Shown here piece by piece: positions 1-11,139 of a DNA stretch of 64,000 nucleotides (its first letter is position 1; each line of letters opens with the position of its first letter). The translations under genes and the position numbers were made by a program. Where the stretch lies: the NCBI GenBank assembly GCA_002269645.1, contig NIVC01003895.1, forward strand, positions 1 to 64,000, given 5' to 3'. The stretch is from Macrostomum lignano (taxonomy: Eukaryota). The notes under the pieces were generated by a model that saw only the letters and a program-made list of their open reading frames with translations, made no database searches and was not told where the DNA came from.

Positions 1-632
1 CCAGCTCCAACTACTGGATGGGTGAGTTTGAGCAGAAGCGGAGATAAAGAGCATTAGTTTCCTGGTGAAAGTAGCATCCAGTCCTATTTTACAAAATTGC
101 AAACTTGCTTTTTACAGTTTCGAAGTAGTAGCTAATTGCAAAAATATTTAACAATAAAGTAGCTTATTCTCTATTTTTCACCCACAGCTGACCGGCTGTC
201 CGAGATGACGAAAACTGGTGAAAAGAACGGCTTCGCCCTGACTTCTCGGTGCCGGTTGAGAATCGAGGTCCAGAGCTTCAGAGGCGGGAGGTACAACGCC
301 GAGTTCAGAATGTTCCAAGTGCTCGTCCTGAGCAGCAGTACCGCCTGCGCGTCGGACTGCAGGTCGGCCGTTCAGAACTGGGCAACCGGTTTCTGTATCA
401 CAACAATATGAGGTTCAGCACATTCGACAGAGATCACGACACGTTCAAGCATTCGTGCTCTCGATGGTACGGCTACGGTGGTTGGTGGTTTAACAGTTGC
501 CATAGCGTGAACCTGAACGGAGCCTACGCCACAGACAGGAAGATCACTAACAATCCAACGTACATGAGCTTCTACGTGCACAAGAAACACGTTCCAATGA
601 GGCGCAGTCTGATGAAATTCAGGTGCTATTGA
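1..632 (+). pseudogene. 3' part of a fibrinogen-related domain (FReD) gene, paralog of 11140-12554; frameshifted as assembled
   Basis: Exon end ...AACTACTGGATGG|GTGAG (intron 22-187, ...CACAG), then an exon with FReD motifs FSTFDRDHD, C...GGWWFNSCHSVNLNG. Relative to the intact paralog, one G is missing at ~325 (CTCGTCCTGAG vs CTCGGTCCTGAG), splitting ORFs 205-411 and 249-632. The conserved WxGL is also shortened to W-M-A. Confidence 0.85.
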
Positions 633-949
633 TCTTTTGCTGCTGCTTTTTAGCAGACAGTTATGACTCATGACTACTTAACTTTATCCAAGACTGGTTG
701 GTGTGTGGGAACGTTTTTTCGCACATACAATTATTATCTATTACCTTTCTCGTGCATGCACTGATAAAGTATGCACAGTGTTTTTTGTGGCAAGTCAATT
801 AATCAACAATTAATGATTTATTAAAATCAAATTATGATTTCGAGATGCGGCCAAAAGGTTCACAGCTCTGAGACAGCTCTGAACTCTGAGTTTTATAATC
901 TCAGAAAGCGTCCTTTTGTTTCTTCTTTGCCAACTGTCTGTCAGTCAGT

Positions 950-2930
950 TCAAGAACGCAACACGGACATTGTGCTATCCGCGACGATTTTGTGCGTCAT
1001 CAGATTCGTAAGCCCGAGTTCAGACCTGTCTTTGGCAAAGTCGTCACGATTTTTGGCGACCAGGGAAACGAACTCTCTTGCCTCTGCGTCTGAGAGGCAA
1101 CAGGAACCAAACTCTTTGACTTCGCTGAGGGGATTCCACAGCTCTCAATCTTACTGAACAGCATTCAGCTGCAGCTCTGCTGGCTGCTGCCCAGAGACCG
1201 CCAAAACCAGCCGGCTCGCGCACCCTGCCGCATCGACAAACTGCACTCCGATGTGTTCAGCATTCTGACAGACAGCTGACCCTCTTGATAGGGCAGCTGC
1301 ACCGAGCTGACCAGGAAATGATTACCTGCTGCCCGAAACTCGGGCTCCACCATTCTAGGCAACTGAAATCTCCTCACCCGCGTCTCTGAAGGCGGACTGG
1401 GACCCCAGCTTCTCTGGACATCCATACGGACAGCCTGGCACAGCTCGATGCGGTACACAAGAGGTCTGTCAGCACACAAGCAATTCTGTGTAGAGGCAGT
1501 GTCTAGCAAAATCAATTATCATGCAATTTCTAATGTAAAAAGTCGGTTCCTAAAATGCATTGCTGTGAAATTTCCTCGACTACTAAAAATTCGTTCTTGA
1601 ATTTGATCTACCCAATAGAAAACTTTCCATCAATTAGACACAAAGTTTAAATTGGCGCGCTACTCGCTGTACAAATTTAAAATCCGTATACCACGATGCT
1701 GAATTCGATTCCTAATTTTGTGTAGGTTCTAGGAAACGACCACTTATACTAATGACAATGTGCACCCGCTGTTCAGCAAATAAGCAACCAAGGCACGGAC
1801 TCGAACTTCGCGTCAATATAAACCAGTTAATTTCCCTCCTTGCTTCAGCTGGGCGATCTCTGCCTTCAAGCTGGCGATCTCTGCCTTCAAGCTGGTGATC
1901 TCTGCCTTCAAGCTGGCGATCTCTGCATTCAAGCTGGCGATCTCTGCATTCAAGCTGGTGATCTCTGCCTTCAAGCTGGCGATCTCTGCATTCAAGCTGG
2001 CGATCTCTGCCTTCAAGCTGGCGATCTCTGCATTCAAGCTGGCGATCTCTGCCTTCAAGCTGGCGATCTCTGCATTCAAGCTGGCGATCTCTGCATTCAA
2101 GCTGGTGATCTCTGCCTTCAAACTGGCGATCTCTGCCTTCAAGCTGGCGATCTCTGCCTTCAAGCTGGTGATCTCTGCCTTCAAGCTGGCATCTCTGCAT
2201 TCAAGCTGGCGATCTCTGCATTCAAGCTGGTGATCTCTGCCTTCAAGCTGGCGATCTCTGCATTCAAGCTGGCGATCTCTGCCTTCAAACTGGTGATCTC
2301 TGCATTCAAGCTGGCGATCTCTGCCTTCAAGCTGGCGATCTCTGCATTCAAGCTGGCGATCTCTGCATTCAAGCTGGCGATCTCTGCCTTCAAGCTGGCG
2401 ATCTCTGCCTTCAAGCTGGCGATCTCTGCCTTCAAGGTGGTGATCTCTGCCTTCAAGCTGGGCGATCTCTGCCTTCAAGCTGGGCGATCTCTGCCTTCAA
2501 GCTGGGCGATTTCTGCATTCAAGCCGGCGATCTCTGCAGCTGTGCGAGCTGTCTGACTGTTCAACACGTGGACTGACCTCTTACTCTCCAGCAGCTTCAT
2601 CGATGCGAGAGTCTGGCGCACTCGCTGGATTGCGGCCTGCAGCGCTTAAGGGTCCTGCAGCAAGACAATCCTCAAGCACCCTGTCCAGTACTCGAAGCCT
2701 TTTAGTCATTCATCTCTCTGCTCCACTGGCAGAGCCGGATATGCTTTACGCATGAGCTCATTGAGAGCGTCAGCGTCGTCCTCTAGCGCTTCTCCATCTA
2801 GCTGCGACTCCTGTTTCGGGTCACGGCTTCACCAGATGTTGTGCACCCATCCACAGGAGCGCCTCTCCTGCAGCTTAACCTGTTGGGAAGCCGCGACTCC
2901 CAGATTTTCATTCACAGCTCCCTGTTCCAG
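950..2930 (-). mobile_element. Degenerate Ty3/Gypsy LTR-retrotransposon fragment (gag-like region to pre-RT linker)
   Basis: Minus-strand translations: gag-like 'ESQLDGEALEDDADALNELMRKAYPALPVEQRDE*' (~2700-2820, with stops); post-protease linker 'LVSSVQLPYQEGQLSVRMLNTSECSLSMRQGARAG' (ORF 1165-1515); pre-RT motif 'FVSLVAKNRDDFAKDRSELGLTNLMTHKIV' (~980-1070). Truncated before RT. Confidence 0.65.
1845..2540. repeat. 21-bp tandem repeat (GGCGATCTCTGCCTTCAAGCT), ~33 copies; encodes heptads LKAEIAS / LEGRDRQ on the minus strand
   Basis: Direct reading of the period-21 repeat; lies inside the Gypsy gag-like relic. Confidence 0.95.
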
Positions 2931-3231
2931 CTTCCGAGGGAGAAGCAGGGAAAAATCAAGAACTTACACAACTAGCAGATTAGTTAATCCTCATAGTTTG
3001 CAAGCAGCCAACTTCGAGGTCGACGGTAGGTAATAAAGGGGGTTGTTATGCTTCACTAATCAATTCATTAATTCAGCTGCATTTATAGGTCAAGTGCAAA
3101 TGTACGAAGCACTGCAGGGTGGAGGCAGCACAGTCACTTCGGCAATGTCGAACTAGCTAGACAGCTCGTCGAAATCCAGCATCTCTGGCGTCGGGTGGTG
3201 CACCGAGTGGCCTAAATGGGTGCGGGTCTTT

Positions 3232-4168
3232 TGGCATGCGGGACGAAGCACAGGTACAGCATGCAGGATGAAGCACAGGTACAGCATGCGGGATGAAGCA
3301 CAGGTACAGCATGCGGGATGAAGCACAGGTACAGCATGCGGGATGAAGCACAGGTACAGCATGCAGGATGAAGCACAGGTACAGCATGCGGGATGAAGCA
3401 CAGGTACAGCATGCAGGATGAAGCACAGGTACAGCATGCAGGATGAAGCACAGGTACAGCATGCAGGATGAAGCACATGTACAGCATGCAGGATGAAGCA
3501 CATGTACAGCATGCAGGATGAAGCACAGGTACAGCATGCGGGATGAAACACAGGTACAGCATGCGGCATGAAGCACAGGTACAGCATGCAGGATGAAGCA
3601 CAGGTACAGCATGCAGGATGAAGCACAGGTACAGCATGCAGGATGAAGCACAGGTACAGCATGCAGGATGAAGCACATGTACAGCATGCAGGATGAAGCA
3701 CAGGTACAGCATGTGGGATGAAGCACAGGTACAGCATGCGGGATGAAGCACAGGTACAGCATGCGGATGAAGCACAGGTACAGCATGTGGATGAAGCACA
3801 GGTACAGCATGTGGGATGAAGCAGGTACAGCATGTGGGATGAAGCACAGGTACAGCATGTGGGATGAAGCACAGGTACAGCATGTGGGATGAAGCACAGG
3901 TACAGCATGCAGGATGAAGCACAGGTACAGCATGTGGGATGAAGCACAGGTACAGCATGTGGGATGAAGCACAGGTACAGCATGCGGGATGAAGCACAGA
4001 TACAGCATGTGGGATGAAGCACAGGTACAGCATGCGGCATGAAGCACAGGTACAGCATGTGCATGAAGCACAGGTACAGCATGCGGCATGAAGCACAGAT
4101 ACAGCATGTGGGATGAAGCACAGGTACAGCATGCGGGATGAAGCACAAGTACAGCATGCAGGATGAAG
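3232..4168. repeat. 25-bp minisatellite (CAGGTACAGCATGCGGGATGAAGCA), ~37 copies
   Basis: CAGGTACAGC recurs at 3301, 3326, 3351 (period 25). Confidence 0.95.
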
Positions 4169-4937
4169 CTCTCTACACGGCCTCCATAGAGTGCCCGTCT
4201 CCATCCTGATTGAACTGCGCAGAGAAGCTAAATGAGTGAGGCTCATTTTGGGATAAAATTCGCAAAAATAAAAAAATCTCTTTCTTATGGTGTACCAAAT
4301 TAATGGATTTTCTTTTCTAACTCTTAAGTGTTGGACCCGGGGAAAAACCTGCTCATATTTTCGAGTTAGTTTTCTTTGCCTATTAATAACTGATGCACGA
4401 AGAAAAGGTCCGCTTGAAAGTAGTATCCTTGGGGTTTTTTACTTTTAGCTTTAGCCTTCTATAGATTTAATTATTTTCTAACAAGATCAAACAAACTTTT
4501 CTACTTCTACTGAGCCTGGGCAGAGGACTACGAGAATAAAAAAACAAGAAAAAACAGAAGAAATAAAAGTACATTGACCGGCAATTTTAAGACCCACTTT
4601 TAGATTCCATCTTTCGTTCTCTTTCTCAGTTTGGTCTGGCTGTCTAACCTTCCAGCCGTACTTCAAGAAGTCTTACAGTCATTTCAGTTAAAGCATTTCC
4701 GGTAAATTTCCAGTAATTTAAACTCGAGAGTTCCTTAGATTGAAGTTGTATCTATTCTATAGATATTAAATCCTTTCGTTCCCTGCCGAAATTCTGCAGG
4801 ATTCCTTCGTGCCTCGACGGCAGGGTTCAAAGAAAAATACATCCAACGATTTTACGTTAAATTAGTAGATTTCTTTGGGGCGACGAGGCCAGATAATACA
4901 ATGTCAGTTATTTCGGCTAGGTTAAGTCAGCCCTCGG

Positions 4938-5141
4938 CAGTGGCGGATCCAGAGTTTCATTTTTGGGGCGGGGTCCAAGTTTGGGGCGCAAACACGAGTA
5001 TAAGGGGCGCCAATGTTTAGGCTGGTGGCGCAAAAAAGCTAGCTTAGGGGCGCAAAAAAGGCATTTGGGGGCGAAAAATCTAGTTTAGGGGGCGCAATAT
5101 GTTCGGTCACGCTATTTTGGGGGGCCCTAAATCCGCCCCTG
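4938..5141. mobile_element. hAT-type MITE (~204 bp)
   Basis: TIRs CAGTGGCGGAT / ATCCGCCCCTG; 8-bp flanking near-duplication GCCCTCGG (4930-4937) / GCACTCGG (5142-5149). An 8-bp TSD is typical of hAT elements. Confidence 0.8.
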
Positions 5142-5339
5142 GCACTCGGTTGCTAATTTGGCTATCGGTGTTAAGGGTGGGCCGCTGCTTCTCTTTCCAT
5201 CCAGTCGGTTAAATTTTGAGCTCGCTAGACCTGACCTCACCGCCACTCCCCCAGATTAGCATTAATCCATCAGATTAGCACCACTCCCCCAGATTAGCAT
5301 GTTCTAATCAGAGATTAGCAGATCTCTAGAAGATTAATA

Positions 5340-6750
5340 GGGAGGGCTGATTAAGCGCGCCAGGAATAAGCGCGCACGGAAAAATGTTGGAATAAGCGCG
5401 CTGCGATGTATCAAAATACTGTAATAAGCGCGCATCGATATTCCTCGATACAGGAAAGAGCGCGCAACGTTTTTTAAAAGTCCTGGAATAAGCGCGCACA
5501 GATTTTCAACAGACCTAAGATTAAAGTCGAATTTTCGCAGGGCGATCCTCTTCTGGTATCATGCTCGGCGTCGGACGCAACAGACGTAAAGCGGGAGCAA
5601 TTTCGTCTGCGGGCAGCAGAGGCAGACCCAGTAGGCTCAGCATCCACCTCCTGACTGCGGAGTCGCAACCTCGCCCGATCTGCGATTGGAATCCGCTGAA
5701 CTTGAATTTCCCGACTACAGATTGACAGAAGTGGAACCGGCAACCAGATACTTCTGCTGGAGCGAATGCATTTTCGGCGGAACTCATCAATGCGAGTTCA
5801 AAATCAGTCACAATTGTCTTTACCGCCGGAGAGGGACAAAGCACTGTAGAAACGTTTTTCAGCGTGCAGTCGTAGAGCATCTTCGTCTTCCTATTCAGCA
5901 AAACATACAGCGTAGGCCAAAAGCTGTCGTTTTTGATAAAACCAATTGTGACAAGCTGATAAAAAATTCTCGGCACGGTTTTAAAAGTGCCATCAATGCA
6001 CCACGTGTCTGCTTGCTTGAGGCGTGGCAGTAGGTCAGGATGTCCAAAAAAATTGCAACTCCGCCATCTGCAGACGTAACTGAACCCTGCAAAACACACA
6101 CGTCGCTGCAGTGCCGGAATCTCTCTGGTGCATCCATAATGGCGTGACAGGCAGCACCGGCGTCAGCCGGCAGAGGAGGCAGAATTCGGTGGCGCTGTTT
6201 GTACAGGGTCGACTCTATCTCTGCAAAGCCGATGGATGCTGCACCTGACGATCTAGCAGTCTCGTCATCAAAAATGTCTCGAAGAGTGGCACTCGAATCT
6301 TCGGCTCTTCTTTTAAGTCTGCTCTTTAAGTGCAGAAGCTCCAGACGCTGTCCCTCTGCCTCGTGATTGTGGACTGATGTCACACTCAGGCTACCGTCTT
6401 GATGCTGCAGTAGGCGACCAGGACAGTGTTTGTCGCAGCAGCGGAAACCGACTTTGCTTCTATCTCTGCCACTGTCTTTTCGATAGACGAATTCGTCCTT
6501 TACAAAAATTTTTGAACCGCGACGGTTTCCTTCTATGCACTCCATAGCTAGAAGTAACACTGAATAATTTGATCGCAGTGTAATCGGCTTTTAAACGCCG
6601 CAATTGAAAGTGTAATTGAAAGTGTAAGTCGGATCAGGCCCACAACCTGATTTGCACGCTCCATGCGCTGGGCTCCACGCGCTGCGCCGAACCATGTAAA
6701 ATATGTGCGAAAATGCGCGCTTGTTCCTGGCGCGCTTAATCTAGCTACCC
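5340..6750 (-). mobile_element. Mutator-like (MULE) DNA transposon, internally deleted, 1.41 kb
   Basis: TIRs GGGAGGGCTGATTAAGCGCGCCAGGAATAAGCGCGCA vs reverse complement GGGTAGCTAGATTAAGCGCGCCAGGAACAAGCGCGCA; GATTAATA duplicated at 5332-5339 and 6751-6758; encloses transposase ORFs. Confidence 0.88.
5521..6545 (-). pseudogene. MULE transposase fragment: FLYWCH-like Zn finger plus N-terminal part of the DDE domain
   Basis: 'FVYRKD...FRCCDKHCPGRL...HNH' (FLYWCH-like) followed by 'WCIDGTFKTVPRIFYQL...IVTDFELAL...VSGCRFHFCQSV' (MULE domain). Joined by a -1 frameshift in the A7 run at 6046-6052; the C-terminal catalytic region is absent. Confidence 0.88.
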
Positions 6751-6881
6751 GATTAATATAGTCTCAGCAAAATCACAATATACTAAATCTCTAAGGTTTT
6801 CATTACCTAAATTGAATTGTTCAAAAATCAATGCGCGACAGTAAAACATTCAATCTGCATAGATAACAATTAATACAACAG

Positions 6882-7270
6882 GTTAAGAAGTCAGTAAAGA
6901 GAGTAAAGATTGGGCATTTAACCCCTCGCTTATTTACGAGTATAGTGAATTTTCCCGATGCAGTCACTGCAACACTGTCCGCGTTAGCAACTTCTCACGC
7001 CTTCCAGACATTGTCGCAATTCCGGCCGATTCCCATGGTCTCCGTCACTCTTGCGACGTCTGGAATGTCTCAGTGTTCAGAATGTAATTAACGACCCCCC
7101 ACATACAGGCATGCAACCCTTTGAAGTGGAAGCAGACTTTTAGGGCGGCCTGCACTCACCCTTTGCACTGCCGTCCTCCAGCGCTTGTGGCTTTTTGTAG
7201 AGTGCAGCTGTCCACAACTACTACACTCCACCACGCTCTGATAACAGTGCAATTTGCTAATTCCCTAACC
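6882..7270. repeat. ~390-bp dispersed repeat, left arm of an inverted pair with 9160-9546
   Basis: The reverse complement aligns at high identity with 9160-9546 (e.g. TTCCAGACATTGTCGCAATTCCGGCCGATTCCCATGGTCTCC). Confidence 0.9.
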
Positions 7271-7869
7271 TAAATTCTAAGTCCTATCCCTAATACGTAG
7301 TTCCTACGATAGTCCCTAGATGACAGTCGATTGCCGTTCTTATACCAACCTGCTCAGGTGCACGAGCTTTTCGCGGTCAGCCACTGCGAAAAAATTGCAA
7401 AAAAAATCGACACGCGCTTGGCGGGTCAGCGAGAGTCGCTTCGCACGAAATAATCGCCACCCAAGCCGGGGCACGTGACCAAAGCCCGGCCCACCACCCC
7501 CACCCCGCACCAACACACAAGAGCCACTCGCTCAACACCCAACCAAGCTACGCCCGGTTGAACCAATACAGCACTCACAGACATTCAATTGAAGTAAATT
7601 AGGTTTATGATGCTCAAATTCGATTGCGCAACGTACAGTCAAGTCAAGCAGGCACACCAATAAAGTCAGCTCAGCTTCTGTCGTAACGGATTGCTGTCGA
7701 GCTCGTCGCTCTCAGTCGTCCTGCAGACGGGCATCCCGCTATTCTGCCGACTCAGCCGATTGACCTTGAGCTGACCGATCTGCGTTTTTCTTAGAACAAC
7801 TAAGATTTAAAAACAGTGTGAATACCATCAATACTGTCTTCCGTGTCACCGTCTGTTTCTCTCTCGAAA

Positions 7870-8800
7870 TCCGCTAGCGGTAAGAATCCCAGAGCCTACT
7901 CTTCCCACAGCCGTAACGTCGGCAGCTTTACAACCAAAATGGCGGTTGGCTGTGTTTTATTATATAGTTTAATTTAATTTATTATTTACTTGTACTCTTT
8001 CAGCTTGGAGTCGCCGTCCATGTATACAAGAAAGTTTTGGAGTTCGATTGTGCAAGTGAGGCAATAAATCTTAACAGATCTCCAAAAAACGAGTTGCACC
8101 GCTCGGGAATGCGGCCTCATCTATTTCATAGGCATTTGGATTTTCCATTCCCTGCCGCCGGTTGAGTGGTCTGCAATGGCAGGGGATTATGAAAGGATTG
8201 AAAGCTATTATATGATGATTTTCTCTGGTTCATACATTAGACTTGCGTGTTTGGACGGGGCGAGGGTAGATTTATTTGCATGGTTTTGGGCGCTTTTGCT
8301 TTGCATGAGTTGGAGCAATTAGAGGAGGCCATTCTGTGAGCATTTTGTGACTCGGTTCGCAGGTCCACCCCTCGGTTGCTGCGCTTCTCGGGGTCCACCG
8401 CCGGTCTTGGGTGCGCTCGCTCCTCCTCACCCTCCGGCGGACTCCGGCCCGGCCACGTGCTGCGCTCATTAATCTTCTGCTGCTGGCTGGCCTCGCCTGT
8501 CAACCGCCTTGCCCAAACTCGCCGTCTCGCCTTTTCTTCTGTCTGGAATGGATGGCGGCTGCTGTAGTCTTGTCACACTTGTCACTCCAGTTGCCTTCCA
8601 CTGTGGGCCTCTATTGTCTCATTTATTCGCTCTATCTTTCTCATTGTGCCACTATTATACTTGAGCTGGCCTCGCCTCACTCTGCGTATTTCTTGGCTTG
8701 GCTCGTTTTCTGCGTGGCTCTTTCTTATGAATTTGTAAACACCATACAGCGAAATACGGAAAGACGGATATACGGATATATTGGCATATGGATAATACGT
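7870..8800 (+). repeat. ~0.9-kb direct repeat, copy 1 (copy 2 at 9997-10900)
   Basis: 8305-8614 is identical to 10425-10734 (offset 2120); the upstream parts align with many mismatches. Confidence 0.9.
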
Positions 8801-9040
8801 CTCTCACCGCATCGTCTATCGGTCTCTCACCGCATCGTCTATCGGTCTCTCACCGCATCGTCTATCGGTCTCTCACCGTATCGTCTATCGGTCTCTCACC
8901 GCATCGTCTATCGGTCTCTCACCGCATCGTCTATCAGACTCTCACCGCATCGTCTATCGGTCTCTCACCGCATCGTCTATCGGACTCTCACCGCATCGTC
9001 TATCGGACTGTCACCGCATCGTTTATCGGAATCTCACCGC
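8800..9040. repeat. 23-bp minisatellite (TCTCACCGCATCGTCTATCGGTC), ~10 copies
   Basis: GGTCTCT recurs at 8821, 8844, 8867. Confidence 0.95.
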
Positions 9041-9159
9041 TAGACTCTCTCATTTTATTTTGTGGGGCGGATGTGTAAGCCGCAGAAAATCTTCATATCT
9101 TCTATTCCGTGGCTGTCAGCCAACCCAAGACACTGAGTCAGCAGTCCACAGCGTCTTAG

Positions 9160-9546
9160 GGAAGGGAATTAAGGAATTGCACTGTTATTAGAGCGTGGTG
9201 GAGCGTAGCAGTTGAGGACAGCTGCACTCTTACAAAAAGCCACAAGCGCTCGAGGACGGCAGTGCAAAGGGCGAGTGCAGGCGGCCCTAAAAGTCTGCTT
9301 CCACTTTAAAGGGTTGCATGCCTTTATGTGGGGGTGGGGGGTTAATTACATTCTGAACACTGAGACATTCCAGACGTCGCAAGAGTGAGGGAGACCATGG
9401 GAATCGGCCGGAATTGCGACGATGTCTGGAAGGCGTGAGAAGTTGCTAACGCGGACAGTTTTGCAGTGACTGCATCGGGAAATTTCACTATAAATAAGCG
9501 AGGAATTAAATGCCTAATCTTTACTCGCTTTACTAACTTCTGACTT
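9160..9546. repeat. ~390-bp dispersed repeat, right arm of the inverted pair with 6882-7270
   Basis: Reverse-complement alignment to 6882-7270. Confidence 0.9.
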
Positions 9547-9996
9547 GCTTGAAAAACTCGTTTGCACATCGTTGTTGTGATCTAAGCGTACCTATTGCTT
9601 CTGCAGACACCTGTGAATGGTGGGTAAGACTGAGCACTGCCATGGCTATTGATATATGAATATTAGCGTATTGGTCTCAGACCAAGTAGATAGGCGTAAG
9701 CTATATACAATACGAGATAGATTACTATAAGAGCATTGGAGTAGCTTAGTTATACCGTAGTGTCTCGGACTTATTCTCTCTGCCTGTAGCTCGCTTATCT
9801 GTTTACTTACTTACTTATTCAAACCGTAAAACGAAGTTATCAAATTTACTATATGGTTAATCGGAAAATACCGTCTACCTCGTTTGTTTTAGCGGAGTTA
9901 TTATTACTCATATGTAGGCTCGTAAGTTTCTAGTTAGCGGCCGGCTAGAGCCTTATACTCTGTCTCCGACATCATCATCTTTTTCGCTATATTTTC

Positions 9997-10900
9997 CGCT
10001 AGCAGTATGAATCCCAGAGCCTATACTCTTCCCCCCAGCCGTAATGTCGGCAGCTTTACAACCAAGATCGCGATTCGCTGTGTTTTTTTATATAGTTAAA
10101 TTGATTTTAATGTTTACTTATAACCTTCTAGCTTAGAGTCACCGTCCATTTATACAAAAAATATTGGGGTTTGATTATGCAACTGTAGCAAGAAATTTCA
10201 GGAAGCTCCGGATAACGGCGAATTGTACCGCTCAGAACTGAGGCCTCATCTATTTCATAGGCATTTGGATTTTCCATCCACTTCCGACAATGTCGTGATC
10301 AGAAATGGCAGGGGCTTAAAAAAACAATTATATCAAGATTTTCTCTGGTTCAAAACATTAAACTTGTGTGTTTCGACGGGGCGGGGTGGATTTAACTGAA
10401 TGGTGTTCTGCGTTTTTTCTTTGCTTGAGTTGGAGCAATTAGAGGAGGCCATTCTGTGAGCATTTTGTGACTCGGTTCGCAGGTCCACCCCTCGGTTGCT
10501 GCGCTTCTCGGGGTCCACCGCCGGTCTTGGGTGCGCTCGCTCCTCCTCACCCTCCGGCGGACTCCGGCCCGGCCACGTGCTGCGCTCATTAATCTTCTGC
10601 TGCTGGCTGGCCTCGCCTGTCAACCGCCTTGCCCAAACTCGCCGTCTCGCCTTTTCTTCTGTCTGGAATGGATGGCGGCTGCTGTAGTCTTGTCACACTT
10701 GTCACTCCAGTTGCCTTCCACTGTGGGCCTCTATCTTTCTCATTGTGCCACTATTATACTTGAGCTGGCCTCGCCTCACTCTGCGAAATTCTTGGCTTGG
10801 CTCGTTTTCTGCGTGGCTCTTTCATATGAATTTGTAAACAACATACAGCGATATACGGAAAGACGGATATACTGATATATTGGCATATGGATAATACGGA
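9997..10900 (+). repeat. ~0.9-kb direct repeat, copy 2, immediately upstream of the FReD promoter
   Basis: Alignment to 7870-8800. Confidence 0.9.
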
Positions 10901-11040
10901 TATGCAGATACATGGACATCTGGATAATACGGATATGCAGATACATGGACATCTAGATAATACGGATATGCAGATGCATGGACATCTAGATAATACGGAT
11001 ATGCAGATACATGGACATCTGGATAATACGGATATGCGAA
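10887..11040. repeat. 30-bp minisatellite (ATGGACATCTGGATAATACGGATATGCAGAT-like), ~5 copies
   Basis: Period-30 repeat read directly (HLDNTDMQIHG in ORF 10887). Confidence 0.9.
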
Positions 11041-11065
11041 TCCTCTTAGCGCAGTGTCATTCGGG

Positions 11066-11074
11066 TATATATAT
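11066..11074 (+). promoter_or_regulatory. Candidate TATA box of the FReD gene
   Basis: TATATATAT ~70 bp upstream of the ATG at 11140; position-based inference only. Confidence 0.45.
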
Positions 11075-11139
11075 TCCTAGTTTTGCCGCGGCCCTCATCA
11101 CTCAGTCAAGCACTCTAACAAGCTCAACTTGCACCCAAA

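Noticed and set aside
3153-4246. Three long Cys/His-rich ORFs (329-344 aa)
   Set aside because: Translations of a stop-free 25-bp minisatellite that cycle through all frames; no evidence of coding constraint.
8237-10875. Short ORFs in the duplicated 0.9-kb block
   Set aside because: They overlap on both strands, have no recognisable domains and their ends are not conserved between copies.
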